Source of the DNA: Tubiluchus corallicola
Taxonomy: Eukaryota; Animalia; Priapulida
Direction: 5' to 3'
NCBI GenBank assembly: GCA_030141605.1
Contig: JAQGDQ010002042.1
Span: 1-17,008, forward strand
Length of the DNA: 17,008 nt
Under the pieces are notes generated by a model. That model searched no databases and was not told the origin of the DNA. It worked only from the letters and a program-made list of their open reading frames with translations. This document shows positions 10,295-17,008 of this stretch, piece by piece; positions within the stretch are counted from its first letter, which is position 1; every line of letters begins with the position of its first letter. The translations under genes and the position numbers were made by a program.

Positions 10295-12085
10295 CTACAG
10301 ACGAAATCGCAGAATGATTCCTACTAGGTCTTCCAGATATACAGGACCACGGTATATTGCATCTTTAATTGCAAGTTGATCTTTTCTGGCTTTGGCGTTG
10401 GTACCCATAACAACTCTAAGTTTGGTAGTTCGCCCTGGAGTCATGACACAATGATGTGGCAAATAATGTACTTTGTGTTTGCCAGGTTTCGAAGGATCTT
10501 TGACTTGTTCAATGACACCCATTCGTTCTTGCTGGCTGATAGTTTCATTGTAAAGTTGCAAGACATCAGTTTGACTTTCGAGTCGTTTAAACAGAGAACG
10601 CAGGCGCCCTAACGCAAGAGACTTTCCTTCTGGTAAATCTTCAGGAGGGGTACCACCTTTCCACATCCATTTTACATAGTAACGACCATCTTTGAAATGG
10701 ATGTTTTCGTTGAACTCTTTCAATGCTAGATCATCATCAGCAATAGTAGGGTCATCTTTAATTCCCAAGTTTTCCAGCTCCCAGTTTGGTTCTGTGGGTT
10801 TTGCTGAAACTCGAGATTCAAATTCTTCCGCACTTTCTATTACTGGAGAATTCAAGTTCACTGGTTCGGCTGACACACATAGGCTCATACAAGATGTCTC
10901 ATCCACATAAGCTTCGTCAGAATTAGGAATTGTGCATCCACAAAGTAACCACCCAAGCTTTGACCACCACAAGTATATTGAAGGTGCAAGGCAGATTTGA
11001 ACATTTTCTACCAAGTCGCAATATCCATTCATGCCAATAAGCACATCCACTTCCGTATCTTCAGGAACTGTTGGTAGTTTGTCAGCAAGAAGTCCTCTTT
11101 GGGCAAGCTCTACCAGTTGAGTATACTTCTCCACATCAGGCAATACTGCTCTCTTCATTGGACATGTGATTTGTTCTAGGACATGAACCTTTATCTCCAT
11201 CATCTGTCCATTTAAGAGCTGCAAGTTTACTTTGGTAACTGGTAACATTAAAGATTTCCTCTTCTGACATGCTATTCCAGCCATACTAGAATGAACAATT
11301 TGTTCAGTAGGAAGATTCAAGGCACGAAATATACGCTGTGATATGTAGCTGCGACAACTAGCTGAATCAAGAAATACCCTTACAGGAACTGATTGACCAG
11401 TTTCTTGATTAAAAAGCCATGTACTAGCTGTCTGGAAAAACACTGATGGTGTCACTGACATCAATGTGGCTGCTTCACTCACACAGTTACTAACTGAAGA
11501 AGAAGCTTGTACCCAAGGTAAACCTGGAGTAAATGAAGCTTGAGACTGTGTCCCAATTGATGGTGAAGAACTCTGAGATGAGGCTTGAGAAATAGGCACT
11601 TTCTTTCCAAATGCTTGGAAACACATCGCTGAATTATGATTATCAGCTTGACAATGAAAGCATGGTTTAGAAAGTGAATGCGACGATGCAGTGTGATGCA
11701 CTTTTAAACAAACAGTGCACAAGCCCAATTGTGTGGCTCTGTTTTTTCGTGAAGGAATATCTGGAAACTTCTGACATCTATCTGCCCAATGAGACTGTCC
11801 ACAGAATATGCACTTACTTCGCTGCTTCTTCTTAGTTTTCTTACCATTACCATGGGTATTGGAATCAGCTAGTAAAGCATGGGCTGCAGACTGGATACCA
11901 AACTTTGAGACTGTTGGTTTTTGCTCTGCTTTGCTCAGTCCTTGACCACCTAAGGTTCGAGCATCGATTTCAGTCTTAATCATCTGCTTTAAGGAATCCA
12001 GTGTCCATTCCCTGCATTCATTTCGCCGAGCTAAATCTGTTCGCACGCATGGAGGAAGTTTTGAATACAGCAGTGCTGGAAACAT
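10295..12085 (-). CDS. Gag zinc knuckles, aspartic protease (DUF1758-like) and RT N-terminus; ends at a premature TAG
   Basis: CIFCGQSHWADRC...CTVCLKVHH...CFHCQADNHNSAMC (11621-11812). FLDSASCRSYI and DVLIG protease motifs. YLPHHCV...TTKLRVV...YRGPV..EDLVGIILRFR RT lead-in. Confidence 0.9.
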   Translation of the reverse strand: MFPALLYSKLPPCVRTDLARRNECREWTLDSLKQMIKTEIDARTLGGQGLSKAEQKPTVSKFGIQSAAHALLADSNTHGNGKKTKKKQRSKCIFCGQSHWADRCQKFPDIPSRKNRATQLGLCTVCLKVHHTASSHSLSKPCFHCQADNHNSAMCFQAFGKKVPISQASSQSSSPSIGTQSQASFTPGLPWVQASSSVSNCVSEAATLMSVTPSVFFQTASTWLFNQETGQSVPVRVFLDSASCRSYISQRIFRALNLPTEQIVHSSMAGIACQKRKSLMLPVTKVNLQLLNGQMMEIKVHVLEQITCPMKRAVLPDVEKYTQLVELAQRGLLADKLPTVPEDTEVDVLIGMNGYCDLVENVQICLAPSIYLWWSKLGWLLCGCTIPNSDEAYVDETSCMSLCVSAEPVNLNSPVIESAEEFESRVSAKPTEPNWELENLGIKDDPTIADDDLALKEFNENIHFKDGRYYVKWMWKGGTPPEDLPEGKSLALGRLRSLFKRLESQTDVLQLYNETISQQERMGVIEQVKDPSKPGKHKVHYLPHHCVMTPGRTTKLRVVMGTNAKARKDQLAIKDAIYRGPVYLEDLVGIILRFRL

Positions 12086-12963
12086 TGTACACTAATCTCA
12101 CCCAGTGATTGTAAAGCACGAAAATGCACCATACAAGCATCATGGACTTCCTGTAGTCCTATTATTGTGTCAGGAGCTTCCTTCATTTGGAACAATTTGA
12201 GAAAATGCTCTTGACTGACTAACTCTGGTTTATCATAGCATTCAGTTAACAGCTCTACCATATGTCTGTAGCCTTCTGCCGTGGGTTGAAGTCCTTCAAC
12301 TGTTGTCTTTGCCCTGCCTTCTAGAAAACTTAGCAAATAATTTGCTTTATCTATTAGTGAAAGATCATCTCTCTCATGCACAACAGATTTGAAGGCACCC
12401 CAGAAAAAGTTCCATCGCATGGGGTCCCCTTTAAATATCTCAATGTGCAGTTGAGGAAGTTTCGCTTTGCACCGTCGTCTTACAGGTGTAGCTGCTGAAT
12501 TAACAGTGACATGGTCATCGTCATTGCTGTCATCATCATCAGTAGCTGACGTACTTAATGCTTGACGTGAACCATATGCCTGAGACACAGGTGGCTGAAC
12601 TACTGATGGTTTTGTTTCTCTTTCTAGCTCCAACTTCTCTTGAATCAGCATACGAGATGCATCGACTTGCTCAACAAAAGTTTGGAGTTGATTCAGTAAA
12701 GGAAAACTTTCCACTTGCAGAGCCTCCTTCTCTATCTCATCATCCATTGTCTCTATTAATTCATCATAATGTTTTGTTAGTTCAGCGAAGTACCTTTTTA
12801 TGGTTGTTTGTGCTCCTTCTACAGCTGCTCTATGCTGAACAAAGGTTTCCTCTTTTGCCAAAAAAGGATTATTCTCACCAAGAACTTGCTGCGCACGCTT
12901 AGTCAATTGCTCAACTACTGAAATTAGCCTTTTCTTCTTCTGCGCTCTGGTATCCACTGGCAT
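12031..12963 (-). CDS. gag: Gag N-terminal/capsid-like fragment (DUF1759-like)
   Basis: KLPQLHIEIFKGDPMRWNFFWGAFKSVVH...LSLIDKANYLLSFLEGRAK...Y..MVELLTECYDKP is the typical BEL/Pao gag block. Homology moves to the next frame at ~12088 (LQSLGE -> LLYSKLP). Confidence 0.88.
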   Translation of the reverse strand: MPVDTRAQKKKRLISVVEQLTKRAQQVLGENNPFLAKEETFVQHRAAVEGAQTTIKRYFAELTKHYDELIETMDDEIEKEALQVESFPLLNQLQTFVEQVDASRMLIQEKLELERETKPSVVQPPVSQAYGSRQALSTSATDDDDSNDDDHVTVNSAATPVRRRCKAKLPQLHIEIFKGDPMRWNFFWGAFKSVVHERDDLSLIDKANYLLSFLEGRAKTTVEGLQPTAEGYRHMVELLTECYDKPELVSQEHFLKLFQMKEAPDTIIGLQEVHDACMVHFRALQSLGEISVQCFQHCCIQNFLHACEQI

Positions 12964-13221
12964 TTTGCCTTACACTGCAAATAGAACCTTTACAAAACAG
13001 CATACAAGTGTAAAGCCCTCCCCCGCACAAGGTAAAGGTAAAGGCAACAATGTAATACTGTGTTTGATTGAAAATGTCAAAATGCTATAGCAGGCAAACA
13101 GGTAGATACCACATAGAAGAGGGTAAAAGGAAAAAGAATTTACTGTGAATCAGAAATCAGCATAATGAAAATCATTTTACTCACAGTCCTTCTAAATGTT
13201 ACAGCATACCCAAGTAGTAGT

Positions 13222-13235
13222 GGGCACTGGCACCA
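13222..13235 (-). other. Primer-binding site (TGGTGCCAGTGCCC); priming tRNA uncertain, possibly His
   Basis: TGG (complement of tRNA CCA) begins 1 nt after the 5' LTR. TGGTGCC matches tRNAs ending GGCACCA, but the match beyond 7 nt is imperfect. Confidence 0.8.
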
Positions 13236-13236
13236 A

Positions 13237-13524
13237 TGTGAAAAAGGCACAATCAATATATGTAGTAACATAAACCAAACTGCTTTAGTGGCACAAACAC
13301 TTTATTATTGACTGTCTTTTCTGTACACTACGTTGCGACTACTAGGTTAAAACCTGTAACAGCTCAAATAAGTTGAAACTGGTTAACCTTGGGCAATGCA
13401 TGTCAGAAACCTGTCAGGTGAGAAAATGATTCACTGTAGTCGAACTTGCTGTAAAGTTATAATGTTGCTAATGTTTATAAAGTTTATACTGTTCATAAAC
13501 AGACTCGTGAATCAGTTCACGACA
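13237..13524 (-). repeat. 5' LTR (288 bp)
   Basis: Minus strand reads TGTCGTG...TTTTCACA and is followed by T then TGG (PBS). Matches 7007-7294 except T13412 vs A7182. Minus-strand AATAAA at 13301-13306. Confidence 0.97.
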
Positions 13525-15107
13525 TATAACAAGTTATATGTGTTTACAAGTTAACACGTTTTACATGTAATAACAAGTTATATGTGTTTACAAGTTAACA
13601 AGTTTTACATGTTATAACAAGTTATATGTGTTTACAAGTTAACAAGTTTTACATGTTATAACAAGTTATACGTGTTTACAAGTTAACAAGTTTTACATGT
13701 TATAACAAGTTATACGTGTTTACAAGTTAACAAGTTTTACATGTTATAACAAGTTATACGTGTTTACAAGTTAACACGTTTTACATGTTATAACAAGTTA
13801 TACGTGTTTACAAGTTAACAAGTTTTACATGTTATAACAAGTTATACGTGTTTACAAGTTAACAAGTTTTACATGTTATAACAAGTTATACGTGTTTACA
13901 AGTTAACAAGTTTTACATGTTATAACAAGTTATATGTGTTTACAAGTTAACAAGTTTTACATGTTATAGCAAGTTATATGTGTTTACAAGTTAACAAGTT
14001 TTACATGTTATAACAAGTTATATGTGTTTACAAGTTAACAAGTTTTACATGTTATAGCAAGTTATATGTGTTTACAAGTTAACAAGTTTTACATGTAATA
14101 ACAAGTTATACGTGTTTACAAGTTAACAAGTTTTACATGTTATAGCAAGTTATATGTGCTTACAAGTGTTTACAAGTTAACAAGTTTTACGTGTTATAAC
14201 AAGTTATATGTTTTTACAAGTTAACAAGTTTTACGTGTTATAACAAGTTATATGTGTTTACAAGTTAACAAGTTTTACATGTTATAACAAGTTATATGTG
14301 TTTACAAGTTAACAAGTTTTACATGTTATAACAAGTTATATGAGTTTACAAGTTAACAAGTTTTACATGTTATAACAAGTTATATGCGTTTACAAGTTAA
14401 CAAGTTTTACATGTTATAACAAGTTATATGCGTTTACAAGTTAACAAGTTTTACATGTTATAACAAGTTATATGTGTTTACAAGTTAACAAGTTTTACAT
14501 GTTATAACAAGTTATATGCGTTTACAAGTTAACAAGTTTTACATGTTATAACAAGTTATATGTGTTTACAAGTTAACAAGTTTTACATGTTATAACAAGT
14601 TATATGCGTTTACAAGTTAACAAGTTTTACATGTTATAACAAGTTATATGCGTTTACAAGTTAACAAGTTTTACATGTTATAACGTTATATGCGTTTACA
14701 AGTTAACAAGTTTTACATGTTATAACAAGTTATATGCGTTTACAAGTTAACAAGTTTTACATGTTATAACAAGTTATATGCGTTTACAAGTTAACAAGTT
14801 TTATATGTTATAACAAGTTATATGCGTTTACAAGTTAACAAGTTTTACATGTTATAACAAGTTATATGCGTTTACAAGTTAACAAGTTTTACATGTTATA
14901 ACAAGTCATATGTGTTTACAAGTTAACAAGTTTTACATGTTATAACAAGTTATATGAGTTTACAAGTTAACAAGTTTTACATGTTATAACAAGTTATATG
15001 CGTTTACAAGTTAACAAGTTTTACATGTAATAACAAGTTATATGTGTTTACAAGTTTTACATGTTATAACACGTTACAACAAGTTATAACATTATAACGT
15101 TATAACA
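13525..15107. repeat. 44-bp tandem satellite, right arm (~36 copies)
   Basis: Same unit, resuming in exact phase after the LTR. A 10-bp internal duplication lies at ~14158-14167. The array decays into short GTTATAACA-like repeats at 15061-15107. Confidence 0.98.
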
Positions 15108-15396
15108 TTTGCATAAGATCGCTCAGCATGGCGGAGTGCCATCACCACAGGGGCTAAGACAGCAGAGGCGAAAAGAATTGAGGAGGCAGAGGAGAAGCGC
15201 AGGAGACGCAAGGCATGTGACACTGCCCAACAACAGATCAAAACACCCAGCCTCACCTGTGCCAAATGCCAAAGAAGTTTCCAGGCCAGAATTGGTCTAG
15301 TCAGTCACCTTCGAGCTCATCCAAGGAATGACAACCCCCCAAACTGACCCTTTAACCCTGTCACTATGGTCATCTTTGATTCGAAGGACGAACATC
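15108..15396 (+). mobile_element. 5'-truncated RTE-clade LINE 3' fragment with C2H2-type zinc finger
   Basis: Frame 15117-15347, absent from the ORF track, reads DRSAWRSAITTG...E.KR..EAEEKRRRRK...CAKCQRSFQARIGLVSHLRAH..*, a typical RTE C-terminus. The short 3' UTR ends GAAGGACGAACATC. Candidate TSD ATAACA at 15102-15107 and 15397-15402. Confidence 0.88.
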
Positions 15397-15650
15397 ATAA
15401 CAAGTTAAACAAAAAGGGACAATAAATGATACAGCAGTTAGTCAAAGGGAGAACAATAGAAATAATTTATTACTTAATTTTAACTTAGCAATTCTAGTAT
15501 CAGATAAAGTTCATTTCTGTTCAAAAATTCAAAATGTCTACGCTCGATTGCTTTCACAATATTTTTCACAAATAGTACAAGATAATTCTGTTCATTGTTC
15601 ACATTGTAAGCGCACTTAAAGATAATCTGTCTTACATGCATATTTGCACT

Positions 15651-16109
15651 TTTACCATTTATACCGTTACCATTTACCGTTACCATTACCATTGCCATTT
15701 ACCGTTACCATTTACCATTACCGTTACCATTTACCGTTACCATTTACCATTACCGTTACCATTTACCATTTACCATTACCGTTACCATTTACCATTACCG
15801 TTACCATTACCGTTACCGTTACCATTACCATTACCATTACCATTACCGTTACCGTTACCATTTACCATTACCGTTACCATTTACCATTACCATTACCATT
15901 ACCATTACCGTTACCATTTACCATTACCATTACCGTTACCGTTACCATTTACCATTACCATTACATTTACCGTTACCGTTACCGTTACCGTTCGCCGTTA
16001 CCGTTACGATTACCATTACCGTTACCAATTACCGTTACCGTTACTGTTACGATTACCATTACCGTTACCATTACCATTACCGTTACCATTGACTGTCACC
16101 GTTACCGTT
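15651..16109. repeat. Compound microsatellite of TTACCA, TTACCG and TTTACCA units
   Basis: About 460 bp of mixed 6- and 7-mers, degenerating toward 16109. Confidence 0.97.
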
Positions 16110-16465
16110 CAGCATTTGCGGTTATACACATTTCGATTGCTGTTATATTCATATCTCAATGGTTGTGAATTACAACCCAAAGTAGCATTACTTTAGAATC
16201 TACAGAATTAATAGCATTTTTCGCGAAGAAGTCCACGAGGCAGTTTAGACTAGCAAGACGCGTTTCATATAAATGTGAAATTATTAATACGTAATATTCT
16301 AATATCTTCATTCCTACCACTGCGCCACCACCATCAGCGTAGCCGTCGCTGCAGTCATCGTCATTTCATTTATTTCATCATCAGCAGGCGTTCTTCTACT
16401 TATTTCCTTGCTTTACTTCTTTGTTAAGATTACCGCTATTGCTTTCTATTTTGTCTTGTTAATAA

Positions 16466-16734
16466 GTGAAGATAGCTCTTCAACAAGCCGTAGAACCAGC
16501 TAAAAAACCTGCAGGCGGACAAATGTTAACATATTTAGATTTTGCACAGAAAGATTTAAACACTTCAGCATTGATCCTAAGAAATAAATCCACTTGGGGC
16601 ATTGCAGCGTGTAGGGATTTTTCCAGAGAAATAGAGAGGTATTCCTGGGCATAGAGAGATGAGCAGAATCATGTTTCTGGACGCGTGATTCATTGGATGA
16701 TGATGATGATGATGATGGTGATGACGATGATGAT
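16466..16734 (+). mobile_element. Probable second, diverged RTE-like LINE 3' fragment ending in (GAT)n
   Basis: KIALQQAVEPAKKPAGGQMLTYLDFAQKDL...WGIAACRD resembles the RTE C-terminal 'AL.EA..P.K.P.G....T.......DL...A..R' segment. A short UTR and triplet tail follow. Confidence 0.55.
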
Positions 16735-16865
16735 CTGGCATAGAGAGGCGAGCAGAATCATGTCCCTGGGCGTGTGATTCATTGGATGATGATGATGATG
16801 ATGATGACGATGATGATCTGGCAGAGGGAGGTGAGCAGAATCATGTCCCTGGACGTGTGATTCAT

Positions 16866-16900
<35 letters not shown>

Positions 16901-16957
16901 CTGGCATAGGGAGGTGAGCAGAATCATGTCCCTAGACGTGTGATTCATTGGATGATA

Positions 16958-16997
<40 letters not shown>

Positions 16998-17008
16998 CGA
17001 CGATGACG
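16646..17008 (+). repeat. Minisatellite: 50-bp conserved block plus variable (GAT)n tract, at least 4 copies, running off the window
   Basis: GAGCAGAATCATGT recurs at 16661, 16750, 16833 and 16916 (spacings 89, 83, 83). Triplet tracts have 13, 11, 11 and at least 19 units. Confidence 0.95.

Larger units (their letters stand above)
7282..12963 (-). pseudogene. gag-pol: Disrupted gag-pol polyprotein (~1,890 codons if repaired)
   Basis: Starts at ATG 12963. Frame changes near 12085-12091, 9060-9075 and 8635-8637. In-frame TAG at 10295-10297 (RFRL*KFAILADIEKAF) and 9896-9898 (ESIP*HDRVN...LGLGWN). TGA stop at 7282-7284 lies inside the 3' LTR. Confidence 0.93.
7007..13524 (-). mobile_element. Full-length BEL/Pao-superfamily LTR retrotransposon (6,518 bp), coding-defective copy, no env
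   Basis: Two 288-bp TG...CA direct repeats (7007-7294, 13237-13524) are flanked by TATAA at 7002-7006 and 13525-13529. Internal minus-strand frames give gag (DUF1759-like, triple zinc knuckle), protease, RT (YVDN), RNase H and integrase in BEL/Pao order, with Pao-typical motifs (TKR..FDPIG, PRLELMG, ENPADLATKG, WWGGPKFL). Confidence 0.97.

Noticed and set aside
7166-12902. Plus-strand and nested short ORFs within the retrotransposon, or an env-like extra gene
   Set aside because: Antisense or alternative-frame shadows of pol with no motifs. There is no room for env because integrase runs into the 3' LTR.
4793-15107. CRISPR-like or bacterial iteron array
   Set aside because: Head-to-tail units with no unique spacers, no cas genes, and a eukaryotic retroelement context.
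15109-15300. 63-aa ORF in the track
   Set aside because: Off-frame reading. The homologous RTE frame is 15117-15347.
15651-16109. Telomeric repeat
   Set aside because: Units (TAATGG/TAACGG on minus) do not match the animal telomere motifs I know (TTAGGG, TTAGG, TTAGGC), and the array is internal and heterogeneous.
15480-16196. ORFs of 72, 174 and 186 aa (LP/TI/YH repeats)
   Set aside because: Artefacts of a stop-poor hexamer microsatellite.
16646-17008. Repeat-spacer array or poly-Asp/poly-His coding repeat
   Set aside because: The 'spacers' are only GAT tracts. The 50-bp block shifts frame each unit and contains stops.

Overview
Eukaryotic (probably invertebrate animal), AT-rich, repeat-dominated window with no confidently identifiable host gene. 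The main feature is a full-length 6,518-bp BEL/Pao LTR retrotransposon on the minus strand (7007-13524). It has 288-bp LTRs differing at 1 base, a 5-bp TATAA target-site duplication (TSD), a PBS, a PPT and a gag-PR-RT-RNaseH-IN polyprotein broken by 3 frameshifts and 2 TAG stops. It sits inside a ~86-copy, 44-bp tandem satellite (4793-7006 and 13525-15107), at the centre of the unit's TGTTATAACA palindrome. Also present: a 5'-truncated CR1/L2-group LINE end (~423-925), a tRNA-derived SINE (3758-4005, minus), an RTE-clade LINE 3' fragment at the right edge of the satellite (15108-15396), a TTACCR microsatellite (15651-16109), and a second RTE-like 3' fragment whose last 50 bp plus (GAT)n tail is tandemly reiterated to the window end. 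I found no proven novel system. The best leads are two unrelated retroelements landing at the same satellite motif, a satellite-like tract in the LTR, and a heavily disabled but apparently young BEL copy. All family assignments are from motif recognition, not database searches.
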